The notes below the pieces were generated by a model, which was not told where the DNA came from, made no database searches, and saw nothing but the letters and a program-made list of their open reading frames with translations. A stretch of DNA of 64,000 nucleotides from positions 74,152,001-74,216,000 of the forward strand of contig NC_086380.1 of NCBI RefSeq assembly GCF_036588685.1, in the 5' to 3' direction. Below are positions 1-13,883 of this stretch, in pieces. Each line of letters begins with the position of its first letter. The stretch's first letter is position 1. This stretch comes from Mytilus trossulus (taxonomy: Eukaryota). The position numbers were made by a program, and so were the translations under genes.

Positions 1-909
1 TTCACATACACGAGAATAAGACACAATCGGGCAGCTGACATATGCACTGACTAAACTGGTTTCTAAGTATCTTAAACCGCGAAAACAATTCGCTAATGAG
101 GAAAAACACTGACAAATCTCACTAGTCGACCAATATTGTTAGTGTCTTTAAACTTATGTAGGCTCTATATTAGTCGTTTATTCTTACAACTTTGTTGAAC
201 AAATGTATGTGTACAACATATAAATGATTTAGAATTAATTATTATTCTATTATAGAAGAACACATTTAGCATTACATGTGCTACTTTAATCATTGTCTTG
301 CATATTTTTGTAACTGAAAAATAAACCAAATGCATCTTTTCAAAATTGCAAATCTAATTTGAAGGACATTTTTATTGAATTTGATCCTGATAAAAGGTCG
401 TCCTTAAAATGTGTTGAATGAATTCTCTGTATCTTTCTTATTTATGATAATTTTAATCTTTAGAATGTTATGTTATATGTTTAACCCTTCCAGACTTCCT
501 GTACAGTGCGTATCTGGTTACTGTATTTGTTTTATTTTTCCTGTTAACGAAGAAGAATTTGTCAGTAAATAGTTTCCCATTTGATTTATTTGATCTTTTT
601 AAAGGAGATAGATTTGTATTAATCTAATTTAGTGTTAAATCATATTTTGATGTTAGCCAAGACTTCTTGTTGATAGCCGTACTTTGAACCATAATGGTTT
701 TCTTTTACAAAAGGTGACCTGCACGAAGAGTTGTATTTGGCACTCCTATCGCACATCTTTTTAGATTTTTTATTTAGACTTTATTGTATTAGGTGTGTAG
801 TTAGTTTATAATTTTTTATAGGCAAGCTAGAATTATTGTAGAGATTTTATTCCTAGTAATTTTAAAAACAAATTATTTAAATTTGCATACATTTTTGTCA
901 CGTGCAAGT

Positions 910-1066
910 TTCGTGGAATAAAAATGTAAGATATTTCAAGTGGTGTTTTCTTACTGTATTCGATAAGTATTTTGTTTTTAAAGATGTCCATATGGAATAA
1001 AATGTAAAACATTTCAAGTGGTGTTTTCTTACTGTATTCGTTTTTGTTTTTGAAGATGCCCATATG
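910..1066. repeat. Two-copy 79-bp tandem repeat
   Basis: ggaataaaatgtaa..atttcaagtggtgttttcttactgtattcg twice. Confidence 0.9.
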
Positions 1067-1592
1067 TAAGTTAACAACTGCACAGAAATGGCAAGTCATT
1101 GGTATGCACACTGCTAGCTATTAAAGCGCCATAGATAATGTGGGACCGATGATTAGCACGAACGTTCTAGTAGGACACGTAACACATCTACAAGTGACAC
1201 AACTGATTTATTTGCGGGATATCTAAGTACACTGCTTTATATCGTATTGGTTAATATGGAAAATGAAGCAGTGTGTCTGTACGGTGTGAAGTAGTAACCT
1301 TGACTTAATTATCACCAAATGGTTGCTGTAAATTAACACAAAGTCATTTGACCTTTGTGAATACAAACACGTGTGTGGAAAGGACATTCCCATAAAAGAA
1401 GATGTTCAGGTTTACTTCTTTGAAATGTAGCTATCAGACCATATATGGTAGTACTATATATACTGTTGGACTATTTAAACTGAATCAGTTATGAAACTTG
1501 TTTACATCTTAAATATCAAGGAGATTGTTGAACACCGGATATATTAACGGGGATATTTTTACGAGTTGCTTAATCCTGGTACCTTTGATAAC

Positions 1593-1953
1593 TATTGACT
1601 GTTATGGAATAACCGTTCCAAAAATGATATCGGATATGTTCTCTACGTCATAACTACACTTCCCTTCCCTTTCATGAATGTGACCTACCGAATTAGACTA
1701 TTTACCGCATTTGTAATCAAATAAGCAACCCGACGGGCGCCACATGTGGAGCAGAATCTACTTACCCTTCCGGAACACCTGAGATAACCCCTAGTTTTTG
1801 GTGGGGTTCGTGTTGTGTATTCTTTAGTTTTCTATGTTACGTCATGTGTACTAGTGTTTGTCTGTTTGTCCTTTTAATTTTTAGCCATGGCGTTGTCAGT
1901 TTATTTTTGATTTAAGAGTTTGACTGTCCCTCTGGTATCTTTCGTCCCTCTTT
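1593..1953 (+). mobile_element. 3' fragment of the same Penelope-like family
   Basis: Near-identical to 16210-16575. Confidence 0.9.
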
Positions 1954-2470
1954 TATGTAGGTATTATATTTTTGAAAACCTTGCAAAACTATTTGATAAT
2001 TTAAAACGCGATTCAATAGAATTTTTTTTTTTCACATAAACTATATTTAACCAACACCCTAAGATATATCAAAAGATACATATACCCTGAGTAATGATTA
2101 AACATAATGTGCACAACTCAGTATAACAATAAGAAGAAGGCTTTGATTGCCAATGAAGAAATATTTATCAAATATCAATTTCAGACTATTTAATCAACTA
2201 TCGATTACAGTCTAGCCTTTAACTAGAGCCAAAAATCAAATCCAAATTATTGTTTATATAAGTGCAACGACATAATAATCTTTGAAATATTTCAGAAGGG
2301 AAAACCACCAGCCAGATGTTTATACAAAACCACGAATGACTTATATGACAATCAGCATCTTACGACAACTATTTCACAACAGGCTCCTGCTTTGGACAGT
2401 ATATAACTAGACATTGCTATGTTAACTATGTTTGCGAGTATTGAATAAAATTAACGGTACCAATTTTGTT

Positions 2471-2514
2471 GCACCAGATGCGCATTTCGACAATACATGT
2501 CTCTTCAGTGATGC
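2471..2514 (-). ncRNA. Type I hammerhead ribozyme, second family (repeat about 2427-2722)
   Basis: Reverse complement gcatca CTGAAGA gac atgtatt gtc GAAA tgcgca TC^ tggtgc. Confidence 0.9.
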
Positions 2515-4237
2515 TCGTGGCCAAAATATTTGAAATCCAAAGCATATATAAAAGATGAAGAGCTATAATCCAAAAGGTCCAAAAAGTATAGCCAAATTCG
2601 TGAAAGGAATCAGAGCTTTGCATGAGGGAGATACATTCCTTAATTTATAATAATTTCTAATATTTTGTTACAGCAAATTTTAATGACACAAAAAAATCCG
2701 TATTTTCATGCCAGTACCGAAGTTTCCCTTCACATTTCGTTTCGGGGCATTTTAAATCTTTTTATGCGGTATAAGTTTTGCTAATCGTTTAACGCAGTAT
2801 GGTAACCTATAGTTACTATGCGTATTGGTGTGTATAAAAATGAAGATATGGTATGATTGCCAATGAGACAACTGTCCACAAGAGACCAAAATGACACAGA
2901 CCTCAACAGCTATAGGTCACCGTACGGCCTTCAACACAGATGAAAGCCCATACCTCATGCGTATTAGTGTGTGTTTGTTAGTTCTACATTGCATGGACTA
3001 GAAATATTAGGGGTGGATATCTCACGAAACATTTTCAACAATACTGCGATGTTCGCCTTTCTCAAATCTGAAATTTCTGGCTTTTGTTAGTCTTTAATTG
3101 ATTTTTTTTTCTAATATGATTCACACATACATGTTATATATTTCGTAGCTAGTGTGACGTATTTTTTTCGCTGACCTAGTATACATTTATGTTAAGGATC
3201 TAGTTGAAGGAATACATTTCCTTATTCATTTATAGTTACTAAACATTTTCTGCATATATTTCCTTTATTTAAAAAAAAAACGTCTGCTAAAAAAGAATAA
3301 GTTATTTTCATTATAACATGAGTTTCTTTCGTAGTAAAACGATGTAATATTTTGTATTTCATTTAAAACCATCCATCTTTTTATATGGATCATCACACAC
3401 TTTTCGTGATTTATCCATTTTGTAATGTGAGCTGAAGGAAAACAAAACACACTCTATTTCAACCTTAAGAATATTTATTCTGCTATTTTCAGATATTGAC
3501 AAACGAACAATCACAGGGATGGATATAAGGTGACCTGAATATATCATTTTCTCCTGACTGGCTTAATGTATCCCATTGGACGTCTAGTAGCCCAGTTGCC
3601 GTTTCTAGCCACATCTGCCGATTGTTTTTCAATGTTTTCATTTTGGACATTGATGAGGTATTACGAATGTGTTAATGTGTATGAATAGCTAGATATAATA
3701 TATTTTCATGCATAGAATTTGTGTAGCAAAAGTTGACAATATATCGGAACACGTGGTAATAAACCAAAACAGCATGCTTTGTGAAAATGTACAGAATTTT
3801 GTCTCAAAATACATTTATACACACTTTATCACTTTATCAAATGAATGTCCAACTACAATGTCAAAACTTACCACATGTAATTTTTAACTAAAAGTTTAAG
3901 TTGTTCGTGAGTATCAATAAAACGTATTACATTAATCAGGACGATTGATCCACCAGCTTCACGGTTTTCATCTATAAGGTTAAAGGTCAACAATCATAAA
4001 GTTTTAATCTTTGGAAACAAAACCGGACAAAACTGTACACTTTCCGTAATCATGAAACAATATAGTTTGTAAAATGTATGTAATAACCATGAACTGTAAA
4101 ACTAACAAACTATCTATAAATATGAATTCACTGAATAAATTCCGTGGTTATCCAGTGACTAATTCACAGGGATACTCGGCCAATTGATGTAGGTCGAGTA
4201 ATTTGTTACAACAGCAAAGAACAGTGCATTAAAGATA

Positions 4238-4268
<31 letters not shown>

Positions 4269-4521
4269 ACGAATGTGTTAACTGATCGATTATATGTCTT
4301 CTTTCTGAATGAAACCATTATGAAAATTGCCAAACTTCACACGTACTTTTTTTTTTGTTGATTTTTTAATAACGATTACTAAGTATTCAATAATTTGTCT
4401 TGCAATTCGTCCGTGATAAAGGTTATTCAGAATAGTTGAAATGATAATGAAGAATTTCAAATACTATTTATGTTATTATAAATATATATAGTTATCAAAG
4501 GTACCATGATTATAATTTAGT

Positions 4522-4565
4522 TCGCCAGACGCGCGTTTAGTCTACATAAGACTCATCAGTGACGC
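4522..4565 (-). pseudogene. Inactivated hammerhead copy
   Basis: Same family as 32812, but GAAA is TAAA (G12 lost). Confidence 0.8.
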
Positions 4566-6007
4566 TCATATCAAAATATATATCAATCTGTTTTTCTTTG
4601 GAATTTGAATAAGTCATAACTAACAAAATCACATATTGTAAATTAATATTGGTACTAACAAACTTATATTCAATATGGCAACTTTTCAGAATAAGATATT
4701 GGAATCGCTAAGTTTACTAACATCGTATCTTAATTTATCAGTAATTGGTATATTTTCCCTTTGACTTTTACTGCCTAATATTTAGAGTTTTAACGTACTG
4801 GCGGTATCACTGAAAATATTAGGCAATACATTGTGTGACGTCATAATTACCGATAAACAGAATAATAGGTAGTTTCATTTTTGATACTGACTATATCATG
4901 TGGAATATCTTAACTCGCGCTATCAGTCTCGTCTAGATATTCCACATGATTCCGACTTTTAAATTTGTTTGGAAAAGAAGAATGCTTAAAAATCAATTTT
5001 ATCAATGTTATGGACTTTCATTCATTTTCTAGCTATACCCCTGGCATGAAAGCCATGTAATCAAATGAATCGTAGGCACAGATTTGCCGTTTTTAAATGT
5101 TCACATTTTTATCTTTGTTCTCTGAAATCAAATGTCATAAATATAGATGACGGAAAAGCCTAATACCGATTGTTACCATTTGAATGTTTTAAACTAAAAG
5201 CTTTCAAAAGATGTATTCACATTTTTGTGTAAATTTTCTGTGGACAAAAACTAAGATTCGAAACATTTATGATACAACCACGTTGAATTTGCCCTTTTCT
5301 GTCTATTTTAAGGTTAAGTATCTGTTTGCTTTGTCACAGAATTCACAGTCAGCTATTCACGTACATGTATTGACAATTAAAAAATATGCATTTAAAACGA
5401 TGCAATTTAACGAGAATATTTGTTATGGTTGGAAATTGTGAGTCAGCTATTTACGTACATGTATTGACAATAAATTTTACAAACCTAGGACGTGAACATA
5501 TTTTCAGAAATGATTTTAAAAAAAAATAGAAGTAACAAATTAAAAAACGTTATTTAGGGAAACTTTTCCTGTTGAATACCAATTACAAATTTCGTTTAAT
5601 AATATTTAATTATCTACAGATCTTGTGTTAGGCTAGTTGTTATTTTTTTATTTAGATGTCAGTCTAATTAATAAGTAGTTATCAGGTAAGAACGCCGTAA
5701 CTGGTTAAAAACTTATCATTAAAAACAGTGACGCCATAATAAGTCAACTCACAACCTCTTTTATTAATTTGTAGATATTATTTTGTTCACTATTATCATA
5801 TAAACAGGTGTTTTCTTACTTTCGAATGTAGTTTATAACAAGTATTTGAAATATCGCCAATTAAAGAGCAGTAACCCCTATTATCATGACTATATTTGTA
5901 GAATTTGTCTTGGTGATAGTTGTTGCTGATCAAAGTATAAGAATTCATATTATAGTAAAATAGATTATAGTAAAAAAATCCAAAACGAGAAAATTTAAAG
6001 TTCGTAA

Positions 6008-7468
6008 AGCCACACCAATTTGATTTCTTGTTCGACGGACCCGCCCGCACCTATTTTTTTCAAAACATTTTTTTTTTTATTTTTATTATATTCCCGCTTC
6101 CAGCATCCGGAATGATGCCCATTTCCCGCAATGTTTTTTTGGTAAATATAATATAAAAAATCTTAACATTTGTTTTTTAAAATTACAGCCTAACCTTTAT
6201 ATAACGATTTTAAACCTAACAGCGCCCCACAACACTGTAAATATCTGCGAGAATATTTGTTTTAGCATGAAACCAAGGAGTGCTCCGATATAAACAGAAA
6301 TACCAGTACAGAACAAAACGTTGGTTTCTTTCCCCCTAACTTATATTCCCTATAACAAAAATGTTCGTTGTTAAAATAAATAAAGTACAAAGAACTTCTG
6401 AAGGATTTGCCTTCAACTGCAATTATAATGTATGGTGACGGTCATACCCGCTGCAGGTTTGTGCACCTGTCCTGGTTGATTCAGAGACCTGTCGTTCAGC
6501 AGTTATCGTTTGTTGATGTGGTTCATTGGTATTTTCCCGTTTGGAAATATATTTTAGATCGTTGGTTTTCCTATTCGAATTGTGTACTAAGTTGTGGTCC
6601 CTTATAGCTTGCTGGTTGGTCTTGATCAAAGCCGTACTTTGACCTATGTTTGTTATTATCAGGTTGGGACTAACCCTCCCTCAGACAAAGGCCTAGCTTG
6701 AAGGGGTCATTTTACCATGTTTACTGTTCAGTCTGTTGTCAGGTTGTAGAAAAGAAAATAGAAATAATAAGAATTTGTACATGCAGTGCTACTATTCAAA
6801 ACCTATGTCAACTTAGATTTTTTTACTCAAAAAGAGTAGAAATACATTATATTTTAAACATGTTAAACAACTTTTCTAAAAGAGGGATGGGTCCACTTAT
6901 TTTAAATAATATTAAACTGTTTTAAAGTAAATGTGTTTACATGGTAAAAGTCCCGGAATATTACAAAATTGTTGGACATGTTTTGACCATTAAAAGCCAA
7001 ATATTATAGTTCTTTGGGAAAATATAAGCCCTTTTGTACTTAAAGTGTTTTTACAAAAAAAATATTTCTTTATTTTAACTTTAATATTTTGACCCCTCAT
7101 GAAAGGGGTATTCATAACATTATGGGGTTGTTCTGAACCGGATTATGACTTGGATGGAGAATTGCCTCATTGTCAGTCACACATACATAGACCAGATTTT
7201 AAAATTATTCAATTATTTCTTATTGAAAAAATACCTCATAAATTAAAGAAATGTCAAGGTACAAGTGATAAATCAAATTTTAATATAGTCAAAACCTACT
7301 ATTTTATGTTTACAAAAAAAAATTATAATCGATCGCCTTTACTTTTTAAGCTTCGCCTCAAAAATTTTCAAATTAAATATTTTTTTTATTAAAATTTTCA
7401 AATCGCTCGCTCACCCCAATTTTTGGAGTCCAAAAATCCGTAGAACAAGAAATTAAATTGGTGTGGCC
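6008..7468. mobile_element. Non-autonomous DNA transposon (Zator/Harbinger-like, TAA TSD)
   Basis: taa|agccacaccaatttgatttcttgttc ... gaacaagaaattaaattggtgtggcc|taa. Confidence 0.8.
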
Positions 7469-8094
7469 TAAATGTACTTGTCTTTCGATTCGACTTAACT
7501 AAAAAAGTCTCATTCAGTACTTGATAATCTTGGTGAAGTCTCAAATGGTCTCTACAAATGTTTGACAGGTCTCGACTCAGTCGCGACCTGTTTATTTGCC
7601 TTCAAATAGAACCTTGACTGGTCTGAATCAGCTCATCTTACTCAAATATATATTGATCTTACAAATATCCAGGTAATTTGGTAATTCGGTTTATTGCTGT
7701 AAAATTAAAGGATTTAATTAATAGGTAATAAAGCAAGATTTTCAGTTTTGATTAAATCAGATAGTGACTTCTAACTTTTTCCATACATTTTTTTCAAATC
7801 AACTTGGCTTTTCATAAAACTTCACATCTATCTCATTTAGAAATTGATCTCAAAGAATACCTTGATGTTTGGGAGTTACGATGTATTGCTGTCAAATTTG
7901 AGGATTTAATTGAAAGGTAAAAAAGCTAGAAATTTCAGAAACCGACTCAATTTCAGATAGTCAACTTTAAATTTGTTTATTCTTTTTTCAAATTAACTTT
8001 GATTCTCATGAAACTATACAGCTATCTCAGTTATATATTTAGCCTAATAATACCCTTGTTGTTATATAATTTAAATTATTGTTGTCTAATTTAC

Positions 8095-8503
8095 CTTAGA
8101 TAACCCCAATTTTTTGTGGGGTTCGTTCAATCTAATTAAAATTAAATCTCTCAATCGCTCATTCGTTTGATGTGTTTGGACTTTTGATTTTGCTTTTTGC
8201 TTTTTGATTTTGATTTTTGAATTTTCCTCGGAGTTTAATATTTTTGAGTTTTTACTTTTTCATTTGTAAATGCTTGGTCGCTGCGTGGGCTCTCCCACGC
8301 AGTGACCAAGCTTTAAAAAATTAGCGAGTGAGAGATTTAATTTTAATTAGATTGGGGTTCGTTTTGCTCAGTTTTTAGTTTTCTATGTTGTTTCTTTTGT
8401 ACTTTAATTAGTCTTCTTTTCTTTGTCATTTTAGCCATGGCGTTGTCCGTTTATTTTTAATAATGAGTTTTACTTTTCCTCTGGTATCTGTCGATACTCT
8501 TTT
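8095..8503 (+). mobile_element. Penelope-like 3' UTR fragment interrupted by a MITE
   Basis: Similar to 16400-16575; split at gggttcgtt. Confidence 0.75.
8128..8354. mobile_element. MITE with 26-bp TIR and 9-bp TSD
   Basis: TIR caatctaattaaaattaaatctctca / tgagagatttaattttaattagattg; TSD gggttcgtt at 8119-27 and 8355-63. Confidence 0.9.
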
Positions 8504-10129
8504 AATGATTTCATTTATCAGTTATTGCAGTAAGAAAAAAAGTCAAATATATTGCAGTTGAACAAAAACAGTTTTGTAACATTTGATCCAATAAGTTCAG
8601 AAACATTTTCGTGTTAATTTATATCAAAGACAGTCACTCAGTGTCAGAAATAGATCACTATAAATCAAATGAAATTGAGCACCGATGTGATTTATTGTAA
8701 TAAAAATGTGAATCAAGAATGGGTTGTCTCCAGATCCTTGTTGAAAGGAAGAAAGTCAAAAACATTTGAAAGGAAGTGCTGTATATCAATATTATTGTGA
8801 TGACGATTATCAATTAGTACCTGGCAAAAACAACTATATTTCTATATTTCTTAACCACATATAGCGGTATTTATCACACATTTTGTATGTCAGTAAATTC
8901 ATTATATATTCAAAGAGAGGAAAAAATGTTCAACAAAAAATTAAAACATTTTTTGCTTAGGAGTCTTTCGGAATTATCCCATCAAGGGACCAACACAGAG
9001 TATCCTGCCAACATCTTTCGCACAGTGCTAATATATATGTTTTGATACACTGGATATTGGTTTTGAGTTGGGATATTGACCCGAAAAATACGTATTTTTT
9101 TTCATGTAGTTATGCCGTCCACATCTAATTGTAATTCTTATGTATAGATTTGGTGTTACTTTCGTTTATCTCATTATTTCTGTTTGATTCATTCACAGAT
9201 TTATTCCTGAAAAAGTAAGCGCTTGAATCAATATAAAAAAAAACACGTGTTTTGATTAAGCATATTGTGTGTTGTCTTTTAAGTCCGGTGTATATTGGGT
9301 ATAATTTTCGTTCATTGCCACGGCATTGACGTACACCCGGCATTGACTAGGGTTAATTTCGGGTGCAATTCTAGATGAGTAAGAATTTCTTGTGGCAACC
9401 CTACAATAGCTAGTTACATGTTAAAATATGATTGGTAGTTCCATTACATTACTTACCAAGTGATCAATATGATAACCCAATCGTTTTAGGTGTTTGGTTT
9501 TTTCATCTGCAATTTGCTTAGAAGCTGTCAGTTTAAAAGTTCCCTCGGAATTCGGTATATTTGTTTTGTTTCTTTTTACGGCGACAACAGGGAAGGTAGT
9601 GATGTATTATATTAAACACATGTTGAAGGTCTGGGATACTGGCTTTATCAAATTATGGTGACCTTAAAAACCGTAGAACGGAGGACTTCATCCTTCATTC
9701 TTTAAGTGTGATTTTCGTTTGCTAGCAATGTGCGAATACATCTTGGCGAACAGTAGGCAGAGTGCTTGTACTGACACGATTAATCACTTATTTCTTTTAA
9801 CTTCTCTGTTGAATTTGAAGAGAAACTACGGTTCCATTTCGGTGAAGCAAAACAGATTATGAACGAGTTTTGACTATGTTGTTTAGTTCTTTCGAATTCA
9901 TATAGACTTCGATGTTCGTTATTATATAACCTGGTTCTCAAATATTTGAGCTAAATCATTCATAATGAAAGTGAATCCAGAGGAACCTTTATTTACCTTC
10001 AATTTTGAATTTATTGACCGGGTTGTCTTTGAACATTTGCATTGCTGCTTGTTCGGTAGGAACGCAGCATTTGTGAATAAAAACATAGAATGGTCCACTC
10101 TGATTGTGTCCGTGTAGGATGACATGTCT

Positions 10130-11740
10130 TTCCATAGACAATTACCTAATGAAATATAACGTCACACCTGACTCATCGTTGTCGTCTATTGTACAGCGGT
10201 ATACTACTGTTGTCTTTATGTAGAACAAGTTTATACTAAAATGAAATTAACCTATTTGTGTAATGTTTCCATTGTACAGTAAATTTAAGTCCGTCAAAGT
10301 TTTGCGATAAAATGTGCATCAAAAAGGTACTGTGGTTTCGTCAACAGACTTACATCTAGTTTTAGAAATTTTCTTTTGTTTCCTTTTAGGGATAACCGGT
10401 TTATTTTCAATAGTTTTCAAAGGTACCAGGATTATGATTTAGTACGCCAGACGTGAGTTTCGTCTACATAAGACTCATCAGTGACGCTCAAAACAAAATA
10501 TTTATAAAGCCAAACAAGTACAAAGTTGAAGAGCGTTGAAGGTCCAAAATTCCTAAAAGTTGTGCCAAATACTTTTAAGGTAATCTATGCATGGGATAAG
10601 AAAATCCTTAGTTGTTCGAAAATTCAAAGTTTTAATAACAGGAAATTTATAAAAATGACCACATTATTGATATTCATGTCAACTAATATAAAACAAAACA
10701 AGATGTGGTATGATTGCCAATTAGACAAATATCCACAAAAGATCAAAATGACAGACATTAACAATTGTAGGTCACCGTACAGCCTTTAACAATGAGCAAA
10801 GTCCATACCGCAAACTCAGATATGAAAGGCCCCGATAAGACAATGTAAAACAATTCAAACGAGGAAACTAACGGCACTTATTTATGTAAAAAAATGAACG
10901 AAAAACATATATGTAACACAGAAACAAAGACTAAATAATTTAAAATTAGCACGTTCTCGTTCTAATAACAAGACTGTTTATTTAAATACCAATCCATCAA
11001 TGTGTGGAGGTAACGTCTGCACCAAATTGGCACTGTAGTTTTATTAGCGGATGAACGTTAAGTTTTAGTAATTACAATTTTTGTTTTGCCTTTCGGGTAT
11101 AACCAGTTAATTTTCAACTGTTTTATATCAAAATATACTGATCAACTCGGATTCTCTCTATGCAGGGTAATATTACTTTCAATGAAATATAAAATTAGGA
11201 ATTTTACGTTACACCTGCCTCACCGTGTTCGTCTGATAACACGAACAAAAGATTTACACGTTCTCGTATTGATATTAGAACTTGTTTTAATTGGACTTTA
11301 AATGGCAATCAATCAATGGATATGTATTGCGGTAAATTCTGCACCTAATAGACACTGTAGTTTTCCAGCGGACAAATACAAGTTTTTGGTAATTGCCCTT
11401 TTGCCTTTTAGGGATAACCTGTGTATTATAAAGAGTAGTATATGAACAAAGACTTGTCGGCGTTGGTTCTGTCTGTGTAAGGTAAATCCTATGGAATATT
11501 TCCTGATGAACTATTATGCTACACATGCCTCACCATGGTCGTCTAGCGAAGAGCAAAGTTTTATTAATATAAAGTGAGCACGTTCCAGTGGGTCCTTATG
11601 ACGTGGAATGTTTCAACTGGACTTTAAAATGCCAACCAATAGATGTATTGCGGTAACGTTTGCACCAATCGGCACTGTACTTTTTATGAGCGGATGATTT
11701 TGTATTCGCCTTTCTCTCGTTTAAGGGATACTGCGTTTAT
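10130..11740. repeat. Diverged tandem units of about 300 bp (3-4 copies)
   Basis: Recurrent acacctg.ctca, ggtaa..t.tgcacc.a...gcactgta.tttt...agcgga and tttagggata. Confidence 0.7.
10444..10487 (-). ncRNA. Type I hammerhead ribozyme (repeat about 10409-10683)
   Basis: Reverse complement gcgtca CTGATGA gtc..gac GAAA ctcacg TC tggcgt; core intact, stem III palindrome altered. Confidence 0.8.
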
Positions 11741-12477
11741 TTATTTTTTTAAATATGAAGAGATACGGTTTAGTACAAATCAACAGATAATTACTACATG
11801 ACATTTTTAACACCGGGAGTTTTCTTACAAAAGTTCAAAGTTTCTATCATAACCTACAATTTATAATATATTAAGTAACAAAAAGGTGCTAATGAATTAG
11901 AAGGCAGTAGGTTTCCAGACGTGACATGGTATGATTTCAGACGAAACATGGTATGTGTCCACGACATTCGTTCCATGAAGATGTACATAAACACAAGGTA
12001 ATATACTCTTAGACTATTTAATCATTCAATGATGCATGTACCAAGTCAGTAATATGACAGTGTTTTTTTCTATTCGTTTGATGTGCTTGAGCGTTTGAAT
12101 TTGCATTTGATTAGGGACTTTCCGTTTTTTTTTATTTTCCGCTCAGTTCAGTAATTTTGTGAATTCAAGTTTTACTGCTACAATTTCTAATGCAAAGAAC
12201 ACTACTTATTTAGGTAAAGTCTTTTTTTGTTGTTTTGTATTAGGCTTACAAACGCCGTTTTTATTTTTTTTATTGTCAAGTGTTATTTTTTTTTATATTA
12301 AATTGTTATGTTGTTTTACATTGTTTTGTCAGACTTTCGTAATGTAAATGATTTCGGGTTGTGCTGACGAAAAGTGGTTCAACTGATTTTTTTCATCTTT
12401 GTCCTAACTTTTGCATTGGGACAGCAAAGCTTGTATGTTCTTTGTAATTGACAATGAGAATCGGTTAAAAACAAAAG

Positions 12478-12812
12478 TTAACGACAAAAGAGAAACAATT
12501 TCAGATTCCAAATTGTGAACCTTCCATTTCTATGTAATCCAGCAGCGCCTGCAAACGGAGAATTTATATCCAAATTGATACGATATTCCAGGGTTGTTTT
12601 GCCTATCATTATTTCTTGATAGAAGTTTGGTGCTCACATGAAAGCTATCAATCCAAGAATAGCTAACGGTAAATTTAAAATCATCTATTCGTAAATTTCA
12701 CGGACCCCATCACGAGTTTGTTGTTCTTTATGACATTTCCGTTTCATCGATGATAGCGGATCTGTTCTTTTTGTCGTAACCTCAATGTCATGATCGTTTC
12801 ACGAATGTGACC
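12478..12812 (+). mobile_element. Degenerate RT C-terminal fragment of the same Penelope-like family
   Basis: Aligns by eye to 15955-16310 (acgacaaaagaga..ccagcagc.cctgca..aattgatacgatattcc). Confidence 0.8.
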
Positions 12813-13713
12813 CACAATCTTATTTCCTTCTCAAACTTCCAGTGAGGTGAGATTGTTTTGTTATTATGTGTTAATTGCAGTCATAAAATCTTTGAAATAT
12901 GTATGGTTTGTTTTGGCTATGCATATACAAGTCAATAGTAATAAAAAAGACAAAGCCAATATTTTTGAATATTTTACAATGCACATAATTTATATCTTTA
13001 ACGAATGAGGTTATTTCTATGAGCGATTTTGGTAAATAGATATAAAAAATGTGGTATGAGACAACTTTCCATTCAATTCACAATTTGTAAAATCAAACAA
13101 TTAAAACACTGTGTGAGGTTTATTTCTTCAGAGTTTTGTATTTGTATATAACACATCTTGGGTTTTGTATTTTGTATTAGTTTATAACAAATTTCATCAA
13201 TCTAATAAGGTCTCCTTCTTCCAGTTGGGCACAATATCTTTCTAATATAAATGGTTCAGCAAAGGTTATCATCAAGTTGGCCTTACATATGTATTATTGA
13301 TTGAACCATTTTTATGACAGATTTATGTATGTAATGAAATTGAAACGTTATGCACTTTGTACTAACTACACTTACAGTATAAACCTGATCTATCCTGAAG
13401 TTAGAAGATGGTTATGAAGAAGAATAGATTAATTATAGACTAACTTAAGTTTTACGATAATCTAAACAGTTCACAAGACTGATGAATTGGTACATGTATC
13501 ACAAGCAACATGTATGTAGTCGTACATCTTGCTACAAGTAGTGTCGCTGTAACTGTAACTTCTTCGAGTGTGTCCCAGTTGCGACATTCTGAAACAGGAA
13601 TTTTTAAATAGATTAGAACGTTGACTTTCCCGTTTGAATGGTTTTACACTAAACAAATTTGCGGGGCCCTTTGTAGCTTGCTGTACGATGTGAGTCAAGG
13701 CTCCGTGTTGAAG

Positions 13714-13883
13714 TAGTTATCAAAGGTATCAGTATTATAATTTAGTACGCCAGACGCGCGTTTCGTATACATAAGACTCATCATTGACGCTCATTTCAAA
13801 ATATTCATAAAGCCAAACAAATACATAGTTGAAGAGCATTGAGGGTCCAAAATCCCCCAAAAATTGTGCAAAATACGACTAAG
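13714..13883 (-). mobile_element. Retrozyme-like fragment with a mutated hammerhead (CTGATGA to ATGATGA), flanked by 7-bp direct repeat gttgaag
   Basis: gttgaag at 13707-13 and 13884-90. Confidence 0.8.
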
